Assembly (NCBI GenBank): GCA_051531975.1
Contig: JAOPTT010000008.1
Coordinates: forward strand, 73,263 to 137,262
Reading direction: 5' to 3'
Source: Spirochaetaceae bacterium
Lineage (GTDB): Bacteria > Spirochaetota > Spirochaetia > DSM-2461
DNA length: 64,000 nt
Each line of letters begins with the position of its first letter. Within the stretch, counting starts at the first letter, position 1. Both the position numbers and the translations under genes were made by a program. Positions 1 through 9,500 of the stretch are shown one piece after another. The notes beneath the pieces were generated by a model. The model ran no database searches and was not told where the DNA came from. It was given only the letters and a program-made list of their open reading frames with translations.

Positions 1-522
1 TACACCCCTAATAATATGATCTGAGCCGTGGCACTTTGCGCAACTAGCTAGGTTTCTAAGTGGTCTATATACTTTTACAAATGATTCATTTTCTACTTTA
101 AAATCCATGAAACTTATATGGGTTGGTAGATCATCCCTCATAACTCCAGAGGTATAAATATCATCACGCTCCTTAAATACTTCTTTTTTGAGATTTTTAT
201 TAACCTGCATTATTGTTTTATTATCCGTAAAAGCATAGGTTCCATCACTTCGGTATAGTTTTATTGTAAAGTATGGGTTTGCTTCCTCTAGATCACTTAA
301 TAATTTCACAGCTAAAGGAGCTTGACCTGGTAACATAAAGTTTTTTATAGATGTATGCAGAATTTCAGACTGTTGCTCTATATTCTTTTTAGTGTCCATA
401 TCGATGGTAGTATATAAAGATCTAAAGAGTATAAATATAACAATCCCTACGCCGAGGATAAGAGTTACTGAAATAATTGTATTAATTTTTTTTGATATAG
501 GTTTATATTTTGATTTTTTCAA
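1..522 (-). CDS. Partial (3' end outside window) membrane-anchored sensor protein with extracytoplasmic CxxCH heme c motif; probably an MCP, cyclase or histidine-kinase input domain
   Basis: Not in ORF track. Hand translation from TTG at 522 (GGAG SD upstream): MKKSKYKPISKKINTIISVTLILGVGIVIFILFRS...YRPLRNLASCAKCHGSDHIIRGV, open to base 1; N-terminal TM helix; CAKCH at 28-42. Confidence 0.8.
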   Translation of the reverse strand, partial: MKKSKYKPISKKINTIISVTLILGVGIVIFILFRSLYTTIDMDTKKNIEQQSEILHTSIKNFMLPGQAPLAVKLLSDLEEANPYFTIKLYRSDGTYAFTDNKTIMQVNKNLKKEVFKERDDIYTSGVMRDDLPTHISFMDFKVENESFVKVYRPLRNLASCAKCHGSDHIIRGV

Positions 523-666
523 GACATTACTCCATAATCTATTATACTACTAAACTCAGTGAGCTCTCAATCTTATAAAATAATAATTTTATTCTTAGAT
601 AATTAAAAATTGATGAACCATTATTTAAAACGGTATATAGTATAAAATATACAAAAAGGAGTACTC

Positions 667-1110
667 ATGGATACAAGATCAGACATTGCAAAAGAATCAT
701 TTGGTCCAAATTGTAACTGTTCACAAGCTGTTTTTACATCATATTGTGAAGAATTTGGTATATCAAAAGAGTTTGGATTAAAACTTTCTATAGGTTTTGG
801 AGGGGGTGTAGCACATAATGGGGAAATTTGTGGTGCTGTATCTGGGGCAATCTTAGCTATAGGATTAAAATTTGGAAATTCTAAGGATGAAACATATAAA
901 ATAATTAATAAATATACTAATAAGTTTAAATCAAAAAACAAAACTTTAAATTGTTCAGAACTTCTTGGATATAATTTAAATAAAGAAGAAGAACTAATAA
1001 AAGCAAGAGAGTCTGGTATCTTTTCAAACTTATGTCCAAAATTAGTAAAAGATTCAGTTGAAATTTTAGATGAAATAATTATTAATTATGAAAGTCAAAC
1101 CGATTTATAG
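667..1110 (+). CDS. C_GCAxxG_C_C family putative redox-active protein
   Basis: NCSQAV, GFGGG, ICGAVSG, LNCSELLG and terminal C motifs; AGGAG SD. Confidence 0.85.
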   Translation: MDTRSDIAKESFGPNCNCSQAVFTSYCEEFGISKEFGLKLSIGFGGGVAHNGEICGAVSGAILAIGLKFGNSKDETYKIINKYTNKFKSKNKTLNCSELLGYNLNKEEELIKARESGIFSNLCPKLVKDSVEILDEIIINYESQTDL

Positions 1111-1112
1111 AT

Positions 1113-1631
1113 ATGAATTTAAAACTATCAAACCGACAATTAAGTATTAGACCTATATCGGTAGAGGATATCCAAGATGTTTATGAACTTTATTCTTCTA
1201 ACAAGGTTTGTAAAGATTTTGATATAAAACCCTATACAACTCTACTTGAATCAGAAAATCAGATTAATAACTGGATAAGATTATCAGAAAATAAAAAACA
1301 ATATAGATATGCAATACTATTAAACAATAAGTTCATAGGAACATGTGGTATTTATTCAATATATTGGCATCAATCAAGAGTATCAATTGGTTATGATTTA
1401 AAACCAAAACATTGGGGACAAGGTATAATGACTAGTGTAATAAAAATATTTTTATTACACATAAAAAAAGAATTTAAATTAAATAGAATACAAGCTACTG
1501 TAAGACCAAATAATATCACTTCAAAAAAGTTATTATTAAATAATGGCTTCGAATATGAAGGATTATTAAAAGATTATGAGAAATGGAACGACCAATTTGT
1601 TGATCTAGAAATGTACTCTTTATTAACCTAG
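1113..1631 (+). CDS. GNAT N-acetyltransferase, RimJ/RimL family
   Basis: IGYDL..HWGQGIM acetyl-CoA motif, LNRIQA, N..S..LL..GFEYEG. Confidence 0.85.
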   Translation: MNLKLSNRQLSIRPISVEDIQDVYELYSSNKVCKDFDIKPYTTLLESENQINNWIRLSENKKQYRYAILLNNKFIGTCGIYSIYWHQSRVSIGYDLKPKHWGQGIMTSVIKIFLLHIKKEFKLNRIQATVRPNNITSKKLLLNNGFEYEGLLKDYEKWNDQFVDLEMYSLLT

Positions 1632-3137
1632 GAAAAGCTTATAGGCATCATCATCTGTTTTTTCAACATAGTTATACCCAACCTTATCTAAAACAGAAAT
1701 TAGTTTACTTTTTTCCCCTATATTATAATGTAAACCAATTAGACCTTTACCAATGATACTCCCCTCATTTCTATAGTGAAACATTGAGATATTCCACCTA
1801 TCCCCTAATAATTCAAGTAAGTCCATAAGTGCACCTGCTCTTTCAGGAAAATCTATAGTAAATACAGCTTCTTCTTTTATTGATGTTTTATGCCCACCAA
1901 CCATATTTCTAACATGACGTTTAGCAATACTGTTTTCTGTTAGATTTTTTACAATGTAGGACTTTGATTCTAATCCAGCTATAAGATTATCCAACTCTCC
2001 GTCTTTTCTTTTAATTTGAACACCTGCTAGAATTGTTGCATCTTCATCTTTAGCAAAACGGTAGTTAAATTCAGTAATACTATGTTCACCTATAACTCTA
2101 CAAAACTCTCTGAAGCTTCCCTTCTCTTCTGGAATTGTAACAGCTAATAAAGACTCTCTTCTCTCTCCAAACTCAGAGACTTCTGATATAAACCTTAATT
2201 TATCAAAGTTAACATTAGCACCACTTTCTATTGCTAATAAAGTTTGATTAGATAATCTGTTTTCTTCTGCATATTTTTTTAAACCAGCTAAAGCTAATGC
2301 ACCAGCAGGTTCAGATATGGATCTTGTATCTTCAAATAGATCTTTAACAGCTGCACAAATTTCATCGGTTGTAACTGTTACAATACCGTCTATACACTCT
2401 TTTAAAAGCTTAAAAGTCTCTTCACCAATCTGTTTAACAGCGACACCATCTGCAAAAATACCAACTTTTTCTAATATTACTCGGCTATTGTTTTCAAAAG
2501 CAGCTTTTAAACATGCCGATTCATTAGATTCAACAGCAATAACTTTTATTTCAGGTCTTAGGTATTTGATATAAGTTCCAACACCAGCGGCTAATCCTCC
2601 ACCACCTACAGGAATAAAAATTGCATCTATATTCTCAGAATATTGTCTAAGAATCTCCATGCCGATTGTTCCCTGCCCTGCAATTACCTCTGGGTCATCA
2701 TATGGGTGAATAAATATAAAACCATTTTCTACTTCTAATTGTCTAGAGTATTCTAGTGCATCGTTAAAATCATCACCATATAGTATTACATTTGCCCCAT
2801 GTTCTTTAACAGATATAACTTTTATCTTTGGTGTAGTTTTAGGCATGACTATAGTAGCTTCTATACCTAAATATTTAGCAGCAAGTGCTACACCTTGGGC
2901 GTGATTTCCCGCAGAGGCAGCAATGACTCCTTTGACTTTTTGAACCTCTGTAAGCTGATTCATTTTATTATATGCACCTCTAAGTTTAAATGAAAAAACC
3001 GGTTGTAGATCTTCTCGTTTAATTAGAACCTTATTATTTATACGTTTACTTAAAAAAACAGCACTGTCTATTGGGGTTTCAATTGCAATATCGTAAACCT
3101 TAGCTGCCAGTATTTTTTTTATATATATATCACTCAT
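1623..3137 (-). CDS. ilvA: Threonine ammonia-lyase, biosynthetic long form with two C-terminal regulatory domains
   Basis: KREDLQPVFSFKLRGAYN PLP-lysine motif, SAGNHAQG, PVGGGGL, SGANVNF, ITEFNYR, FPERAGAL. Confidence 0.95.
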   Translation of the reverse strand: MSDIYIKKILAAKVYDIAIETPIDSAVFLSKRINNKVLIKREDLQPVFSFKLRGAYNKMNQLTEVQKVKGVIAASAGNHAQGVALAAKYLGIEATIVMPKTTPKIKVISVKEHGANVILYGDDFNDALEYSRQLEVENGFIFIHPYDDPEVIAGQGTIGMEILRQYSENIDAIFIPVGGGGLAAGVGTYIKYLRPEIKVIAVESNESACLKAAFENNSRVILEKVGIFADGVAVKQIGEETFKLLKECIDGIVTVTTDEICAAVKDLFEDTRSISEPAGALALAGLKKYAEENRLSNQTLLAIESGANVNFDKLRFISEVSEFGERRESLLAVTIPEEKGSFREFCRVIGEHSITEFNYRFAKDEDATILAGVQIKRKDGELDNLIAGLESKSYIVKNLTENSIAKRHVRNMVGGHKTSIKEEAVFTIDFPERAGALMDLLELLGDRWNISMFHYRNEGSIIGKGLIGLHYNIGEKSKLISVLDKVGYNYVEKTDDDAYKLFLG

Positions 3138-3170
3138 GTGGTAATTCCTTTAGAATTGTTTAAATCATAC

Positions 3171-3203
3171 TATCTCTCTTTAAAAAAAAAATAAAGAGAG
3201 ATA
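3171..3203. promoter_or_regulatory. 12-bp perfect inverted repeat (TATCTCTCTTTA...TAAAGAGAGATA) just upstream of ilvA
   Basis: Read directly; adjoins a TATGAT -10-like hexamer on the minus strand; operator or hairpin role unresolved. Confidence 0.45.
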
Positions 3204-3219
3204 AAATTGAGTAATATGT

Positions 3220-3256
3220 AACCTAGAAGTTAATTACATATAAGAACTTCTAGGTT
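3220..3256 (-). terminator. Hairpin downstream of the AOR/ADH operon
   Basis: AACCTAGAAGTT...AACTTCTAGGTT, 12-bp perfect arms, ~20 nt after the ADH stop; no clear U-tail. Confidence 0.55.
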
Positions 3257-3278
3257 TAGTATAAATTTTCTTTTATTT

Positions 3279-4892
3279 CTAGAAAGCATCTTCTAAAATT
3301 TTTATTATATCATCAAATCTCAGTTCTCTAGGATTGTATACTATAGATCCATCACCTAAAGCTGTCTTGGCAATAGCCTCAAATTGGTTTGGTTTTACTA
3401 AATGTTCACCATCTCTATTTTTTACTTCCGAAAATTTCAGAGGATGACGGCCATTTGTTAGATCATTTAGCTTAATATTCATACCTTTTATAATTTCAAT
3501 TGCAGAAAATTCTGTAGAATCAGTTGATAGTGCATTTTTTAATTGTCTCAACTCGTCGGTAATAACTTTAGCATTATACTCTAGACCATAGGGTAGTAAA
3601 ATAGACATGCATGTACCATGGGGAACATGACATACAGAGCCAATAGAGTGCCCGATTGTATGTACCATTCCAACCATAGAGTTAGAAAATGCCATTCCAG
3701 CTAAGTTTGAAGCATTTGCTAAAGCAGCTCTATGTTCTAAATTTTTTGGATCCTTCATCATAGGTATTAGATGATCCCTAATCAGAGTAATTGATCTCCA
3801 AGCTAGCTGATCACTTATTGGATTTTTTCCTAAACAAGTAAAAGCTTCCACAGCATGAGAAAGTGCATCCATAGTAGTCATTGAGCTTAAAAAAAGTGGT
3901 AGTGAAGCTGTTAAACGGCTATCTAAAATAGCATAATCAGGTTGAAGGTGATTTGAATTAAAAACATTTTTCCTCCCACTAATTTTATCCGCTATCACTG
4001 CAACTTTAGTTACCTCAGAGCCAGTTCCAGACGTTGTTGGTATGCAAACAAATGGAGTATTCAATTTGGGAATTATTCCAGAACCACTGTACTTTGAAAG
4101 GTTTTCTGTGCCCAAAGAGACATTTAAATATACACCTTTAGCTGTATCCAATACAGAGCCACCACCTAATGCAATTATTCCATCCCTATTTTCTTCATTA
4201 AAAATATGACTTATCTTATTAACAGTATCAGTATCTGAGTCCGGTGGGATATCTTTAAAAACTGTAATATCCTTCTTTTTTAATTCATCTTTTATTAGAT
4301 CTAAAAGTCCAACAGATTCAATTCCCTTATCTGTTAAAAACAATGGTGATTTAACATTCAATTTATTGAGTAGAGGACCTAGCTCATGCAAAGAGTTATC
4401 TGCTTTAAGTACAGATGTACGGCAACTAAAAGTAAATGCTTTGGGTATAATAAAATTACATGGAAAATCTATGTCAGCATCCACTGTAGTTATATAGGCT
4501 TTAAAAAAGTTTTCCAAAATAGTTGATTTTCTACATGAAACAACTTTTGAATCGATAACTATATACTCAGAAAGAGGCTCTTTTATACTATCTATATCTG
4601 TTAATGAGAGTGGAATCAGAGCTTTTGGTCTAATATCCTGGGAATATTCTTTTACAAGTTCAGAATCACCCATAATAATCAAAAAATCATAATCATTAGA
4701 TGGAGTATTTGCTTGAATATTAATACCTGAAGTATATCCAGGAATTAGAAGCTTCCCAGTTTTTATAGCTTTCTTTTTGTTTTTATCATTTGTTATAATT
4801 ATAGGATTTTTAACTTTCAATAAAGCCATTTCTGAACTTAACTGAGCCATCATACCACGACCAAAAAGAATTGTACCTAAAGGTTTTGTCAT
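3279..4892 (-). CDS. Iron-containing alcohol dehydrogenase with ~150-aa N-terminal extension
   Basis: ALGGGSVLDTAK, IPTTSGTGSE, DALSHAVE, G.VH..GH, HG iron ligands; start moved to ATG 4892 (GGGAGG SD; ATGA overlap with upstream stop). Confidence 0.9.
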   Translation of the reverse strand: MTKPLGTILFGRGMMAQLSSEMALLKVKNPIIITNDKNKKKAIKTGKLLIPGYTSGINIQANTPSNDYDFLIIMGDSELVKEYSQDIRPKALIPLSLTDIDSIKEPLSEYIVIDSKVVSCRKSTILENFFKAYITTVDADIDFPCNFIIPKAFTFSCRTSVLKADNSLHELGPLLNKLNVKSPLFLTDKGIESVGLLDLIKDELKKKDITVFKDIPPDSDTDTVNKISHIFNEENRDGIIALGGGSVLDTAKGVYLNVSLGTENLSKYSGSGIIPKLNTPFVCIPTTSGTGSEVTKVAVIADKISGRKNVFNSNHLQPDYAILDSRLTASLPLFLSSMTTMDALSHAVEAFTCLGKNPISDQLAWRSITLIRDHLIPMMKDPKNLEHRAALANASNLAGMAFSNSMVGMVHTIGHSIGSVCHVPHGTCMSILLPYGLEYNAKVITDELRQLKNALSTDSTEFSAIEIIKGMNIKLNDLTNGRHPLKFSEVKNRDGEHLVKPNQFEAIAKTALGDGSIVYNPRELRFDDIIKILEDAF

Positions 4893-5344
4893 AAAACAGC
4901 CTCCCATTTTTTAACAGCTTTTTTAGCAATAAACCTGGGTAATAATAAGATTTCAACCTTATCCATAAGACGGATAAAGGTACAGGAATGTGGTAACTCA
5001 CCTTTTACTGTAAGGCGACCATTTGCTTCACTTTGACATGTACCTTCCTGAAATGATAACAGATACCATGCTGCTTCTATACTTTTTAGTGATACTTTCA
5101 TATCCAAATCTAATGAATTCCTAGGAATCTGTTTTAACCTGTTAGAAACACGTTTAAAAGCCACTGATGGCCCTGATGGCCATACCCCAAAAGAGAATGT
5201 AAAGTTTTCTGGAAAATCAGAAATCACTGTTCTAACAGTTTTTTTTCTACATGCAATTGCTGGAATAAACCAGCCTAAAACTGCAAAAACTATTCTACAA
5301 TACAAAGTTTTAAATCTTCGTTTAGATGGTCTTATAGAAGTCAT
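4889..5344 (-). CDS. Hypothetical protein, possibly SCP2 (sterol carrier protein 2)-like lipid-binding fold
   Basis: C-terminal ANGRLTVKGEL resembles the SCP2 GklkvkGD signature; embedded in AOR-ADH operon. Confidence 0.5.
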   Translation of the reverse strand: MTSIRPSKRRFKTLYCRIVFAVLGWFIPAIACRKKTVRTVISDFPENFTFSFGVWPSGPSVAFKRVSNRLKQIPRNSLDLDMKVSLKSIEAAWYLLSFQEGTCQSEANGRLTVKGELPHSCTFIRLMDKVEILLLPRFIAKKAVKKWEAVL

Positions 5345-5345
5345 T

Positions 5346-7226
5346 TTATTCTCCTGTATTCATTAATTTAGCAAGTGCAATATCTGTAGGTCCACCATTA
5401 GCACCATACTTTCTTTTTTTATAATATTGTTTAACCATTTTTTTAATTGGTACAACTGTATTTTTACCCTTAAAAGCAGTCTCTTTTTCAGTTGTAAAAC
5501 GTTCAGGAAGAGTATCGTGCTCTGCTTTATGCCCCATTTGAACATTCATCCAACGCTCTAACTTGTTTACTCTCTCACCAACTTTAATAAATCCCCATTT
5601 ACCCATTTTAATACCTGTTATAGACCAAAAGTATTTGCTTAAAATACTCCAATCCATTAGTGCCATAGCGATTTTAGGCATCGTAATTGTTGCGACTTTA
5701 AGAACAAATTTTGGTAGATATTTAGGAATTACTGGCTCTGTCATAATACCAAAAACAGAAAATAGACAAACTTGTAATGAGTTAACACCTGAGTATAGAT
5801 CTTCCATAAAAATAACCCAATCTGCTTTTCCCATAGTAACATGTGGTGGCATATAACCCATATGTTGCTCTAAGGCAATTAAATAAGAGCCTAAATGGCA
5901 TCCACCTTTATTATGAACAGCATATCCTAAACCATGCCCCCAGCTTGAACGAGGGTCGTATGCTGCAACCTCTATACCTTTTACATGGATTGCAAAATTT
6001 GTTCCACCATACTTTTGACTTAAATTACGGGAACCTAGAGCTAAATCAATACCTTCTGCCCTAAGATAAGCAATATCATTCAAAATACCTTCAATATTAT
6101 CAAACTTTCCAAACTGTAAAGAAGTTTTACGTAGTCCTTTTTCTCCAGCTTCCATAGCCCATGAAAGTGTTCCACCACAAGAAATAGTATCCATTCCCAG
6201 TTCATTCATTACATCATTCCACTTGCCAATAAGATCAGGATCATAGTTATCAATATTACTACCAAACATACCAACAGTTTCATATTCAGGTATTTGTCTT
6301 AATTTACCATCTGGATAATGCCCCTTATGACCACATAAAACTGAACAATGTCTGCATGATGAGTGTCTGGTTTTATATTTTTTAGCCATTAGTTCACCAG
6401 AATTATTAATTATATCTGGATGATAACGGTCTTTAAAATTGTGTACTGGTGCAAAACCTCTTTCCATACCAAGTTTAACATTACTGTTTGTACCATATAG
6501 TCGATAATCCTTTGTCATTTTATTCCGTAAAATATATTTTTTTGCTTTTGTTACAGTTTTATTAAAAAATTCAGGATAAACAGGTTCATAACTTACTTCT
6601 TTACCTCTAGCAACAATAGCTTTTAACATTTTAGAACCCATAACAGCACCAACTCCACCACGACCAGCAAAACGGTGACCAGAGCAAATATTTGCATAAA
6701 GAACTCTGTTCTCTCCTGCAGGGCCTATTACAGCGACACCCTCTTTTGGACTAAGTTTAAGTGATTCTTGAACCTCGTGTGTTCCTTGACCCCAAAGTTC
6801 TGTAGCAGATTCAAATGTAACACCATCTTTATCTATTCGCATTGTAGTTGGAGAACTACAACACCCAGAAATAATAACTCCATCCCAACCTGCAGTTTTA
6901 CATGCTTCACCAAAATAACCACCACAAGATGAACCAACCATAAGACCAGTTAAAGGAGAACGTGTTACAACTTCAAATCGTCCAGAACATGATGCTCCAG
7001 ACGTTAACATGACTCCCATAGAAAATATAAGTAGATTATCGGGACCTAAAGCATCAACAGTTCCTAATTCCTCTTTAGTAAAACGATCATAATATATTTT
7101 TAATGCTAAACCCTTACCACCAATATATGATTTCAGGTCGTTTTGACTTACCTGATAAACACTCCAGGTTTGATCTGTAAGATTTACATCTAAATATCTA
7201 TTTGAAGTACCCTTAATTATTTCCAT
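5346..7226 (-). CDS. aor: Aldehyde:ferredoxin oxidoreductase family (W/Mo-pterin enzyme)
   Basis: IGGKGL, RSPLTG, GPAGEN, AGRGGVGAVMGSKMLKAI, CxxCxxxC, PEYET, GMDTIS, YDPR, GCH motifs. Confidence 0.93.
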   Translation of the reverse strand: MEIIKGTSNRYLDVNLTDQTWSVYQVSQNDLKSYIGGKGLALKIYYDRFTKEELGTVDALGPDNLLIFSMGVMLTSGASCSGRFEVVTRSPLTGLMVGSSCGGYFGEACKTAGWDGVIISGCCSSPTTMRIDKDGVTFESATELWGQGTHEVQESLKLSPKEGVAVIGPAGENRVLYANICSGHRFAGRGGVGAVMGSKMLKAIVARGKEVSYEPVYPEFFNKTVTKAKKYILRNKMTKDYRLYGTNSNVKLGMERGFAPVHNFKDRYHPDIINNSGELMAKKYKTRHSSCRHCSVLCGHKGHYPDGKLRQIPEYETVGMFGSNIDNYDPDLIGKWNDVMNELGMDTISCGGTLSWAMEAGEKGLRKTSLQFGKFDNIEGILNDIAYLRAEGIDLALGSRNLSQKYGGTNFAIHVKGIEVAAYDPRSSWGHGLGYAVHNKGGCHLGSYLIALEQHMGYMPPHVTMGKADWVIFMEDLYSGVNSLQVCLFSVFGIMTEPVIPKYLPKFVLKVATITMPKIAMALMDWSILSKYFWSITGIKMGKWGFIKVGERVNKLERWMNVQMGHKAEHDTLPERFTTEKETAFKGKNTVVPIKKMVKQYYKKRKYGANGGPTDIALAKLMNTGE

Positions 7227-7638
7227 TTTGAACCTCCATAATTATTGCATCAAACTGACAATTATCTAAACACCAGTTACATGAAACACATTTGTTTGGA
7301 TAAGCTAAAACAGCATAATTATCATTAAGAGGTAGATCTTCAGCTTTCATAGTCAAGGCATCTACTGGGCAAGCAACAACACAATTTTCACAGGCGTAAC
7401 ATTTTTTAACAATTATAGTTGGTTTAAGCCACTCTGACTTTTTTAACCGAGGTACCAGATCCCCTTGCTCAGTTTCTATAGAATCTTTTGGACATACTCT
7501 TCCACACGAACCACAATCGATACATAATTTATAATCAATTACATGCAAAGATTTTTTATCTCCAGTTATAGCGGTTGTTGGACATACTTTTTTACAAGCA
7601 CCACAACCAATACAAGTTGAAATGATATTATGAGCCAT
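7213..7638 (-). CDS. Polyferredoxin with four 4Fe-4S motifs
   Basis: CIGCGAC..CP, CIDCGSC..CP, CYACENC..CP, CVSCNWC..CQ. Confidence 0.9.
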   Translation of the reverse strand: MAHNIISTCIGCGACKKVCPTTAITGDKKSLHVIDYKLCIDCGSCGRVCPKDSIETEQGDLVPRLKKSEWLKPTIIVKKCYACENCVVACPVDALTMKAEDLPLNDNYAVLAYPNKCVSCNWCLDNCQFDAIIMEVQNGNN

Positions 7639-7716
7639 TAGAACTCCCTTAATAATTTAGATATTTTAACTATAATATGGTTATGGCTAGGTGACAACAA
7701 TCAATTATACGTCATA

Positions 7717-7732
7717 TGTCTACTAATAGACA
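7717..7732. promoter_or_regulatory. Candidate TetR operator palindrome TGTCTACTAATAGACA
   Basis: 14/16 self-complementary, between the divergent tetR gene and the ferredoxin-AOR operon. Confidence 0.45.
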
Positions 7733-7774
7733 CTATGTGGAGTTATGACTATTATTACAGTGAATTGAGGTAAA

Positions 7775-8365
7775 ATGAGAACAGAAAAACAGGATAGACG
7801 TATACGTAAAACAAAAAAACTATTACGAGATTCACTTGTAGAAACTCTACAAAGTAAAGAACTCACCAAAATAACAGTAAGAGAACTATGCCAACATGCT
7901 GATATTAATAGAAGTACATTCTATCTACACTACAGAGATATATTTGATCTTTGGCGGCAATTAGAAAATAAAGTAGAACAGGACTTAAAAGAAATACTTA
8001 GTAGTTTTTCTCCCAATTCCATAATAACTAATCCCCTACCTCTATTATTAGAGATTAGTAAGCTATTAGAAGAGGAAAAAGAATTTAACAAATTGTTATT
8101 TAGTAGCCGAGAATCAATAATTTTTCTTGATCAATTAAAAGAAGACTTCATTAAATATTTTATGGATGAAAACCAAGACTTAATAAAAAAATCAAAGGAT
8201 AGGGATTTTGAATTTTATATCACATTTGCAATTTCTGGGATATTTTCTCTTTTTACAAAATGGTTTGTAGAAGAGAAAGACTTCCCCTTAGAAAAACTAG
8301 CCCATACGATAGAACAACTTATATTTCAGGGTGTCGGAGATTTTTTAAAAAATAGTCAATCTTAA
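7775..8365 (+). CDS. TetR/AcrR family transcriptional regulator
   Basis: DRRIRKTK...ITVRELCQHADINRSTFYLHY HTH. Confidence 0.93.
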   Translation: MRTEKQDRRIRKTKKLLRDSLVETLQSKELTKITVRELCQHADINRSTFYLHYRDIFDLWRQLENKVEQDLKEILSSFSPNSIITNPLPLLLEISKLLEEEKEFNKLLFSSRESIIFLDQLKEDFIKYFMDENQDLIKKSKDRDFEFYITFAISGIFSLFTKWFVEEKDFPLEKLAHTIEQLIFQGVGDFLKNSQS

Positions 8366-8369
8366 AAAA

Positions 8370-8915
8370 TCACCACCAAATACTATATTCACAACCACAA
8401 TATTTTTGTCTATATAGGCCTAACTCTTTTGATAGATCGGTACTAACTTTAAAACCATTTTCTTTACAAAAATCGATCATTAAAAACTCTACACCGTACT
8501 GTTTAGCCACATCTTGGCCAATCTCCATTATTGCTTTTGAGTTCTTATGTGGACTAATGGATAAAGTAGATGTAAAAAAGTCCATATTAAGCTCTTTTGC
8601 TTTTTTAGCAGCTGTAATAAAGCTAAATCTGAAACATTTTAAACATCTAGCACCTTTTTCAGGTTCAGCTTCTAAACCTTTTATGTAATCTGACCACTTT
8701 TTATGGTCGTACTTTTCTTTAATTATACTGTCTTTATAATAATCTGAAACTGTAACTGCAGCCTCAAATCTTTTTTCAAACTCTTCTTCAGAGTTCATAT
8801 TAGAATTAGAAAAATATAGAATTATATCATAATCATCAATCCTTGGGATAGAACCTACAGCACAAGGGCCACAACATACATGTAATAATAATTTCTTTTT
8901 TTCACTTGTTATCAT
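8370..8915 (-). CDS. queH: Epoxyqueuosine reductase QueH
   Basis: LLLHVCCGPC, EPEKGARCLKC, TLSISPHK, YRQKYCGC. Confidence 0.9.
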   Translation of the reverse strand: MITSEKKKLLLHVCCGPCAVGSIPRIDDYDIILYFSNSNMNSEEEFEKRFEAAVTVSDYYKDSIIKEKYDHKKWSDYIKGLEAEPEKGARCLKCFRFSFITAAKKAKELNMDFFTSTLSISPHKNSKAIMEIGQDVAKQYGVEFLMIDFCKENGFKVSTDLSKELGLYRQKYCGCEYSIWW

Positions 8916-9499
8916 TTTAATATTTTAATCCCTAATATTGAGACATCATCACTATCTTTTGCATATTTATTTAAAATATTTTCAGCTACATCTTTTATAG
9001 GATCAAATTTAAGATTTGCTATCTCCGAAAAGTCAAAACTTTCTTTTACCCCATCTGAATATGATATAATTAAGTCACCTTCTTTTATTTTATGTTCCCA
9101 GATTTTTATTGTTGGTAATCTACAACCTAAAACACCATCTTTTGATATTAAAGTACTGTTTTTATCACTTATAATCCGGGTTGTGATATTACCCACTCCT
9201 GAATATGTTAATAGACCTGTTTCTTTATTTAAGATACAAATATCAATAACAATTCCCCTACTCTTTAATAGAACATTATGTAATGATTTTAGTACTCCTG
9301 TCAGATCTGTTAATTGGGCTTTATCCAAATAATCTGTTGCGATTATAGCTGCATCATACGCTTTTTCTCCATGGCCTAAACCATCAATAACGGCAAAAAA
9401 CAGATGTGAATCCGTCTCTTTTAAAAATACTTGATCCCCACTTACCATGGAAGATTTCTCATATGGAATTATTCTATAATATGATTCTACTCTTAACAT
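8912..9499 (-). CDS. rsbX: RsbX-like PP2C/SpoIIE serine phosphatase
   Basis: SGD, AVIDGLGHG, GVGNI, YSDGV, DDVS motifs. Confidence 0.82.
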   Translation of the reverse strand: MLRVESYYRIIPYEKSSMVSGDQVFLKETDSHLFFAVIDGLGHGEKAYDAAIIATDYLDKAQLTDLTGVLKSLHNVLLKSRGIVIDICILNKETGLLTYSGVGNITTRIISDKNSTLISKDGVLGCRLPTIKIWEHKIKEGDLIISYSDGVKESFDFSEIANLKFDPIKDVAENILNKYAKDSDDVSILGIKILK

Positions 9500-9500
9500 T

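Noticed and set aside
3113..3130. Phase variation by the T8 and (AT)5 runs at the ilvA start and similar A/T runs elsewhere
   Set aside because: Runs of this length are common at this AT content and frames are intact
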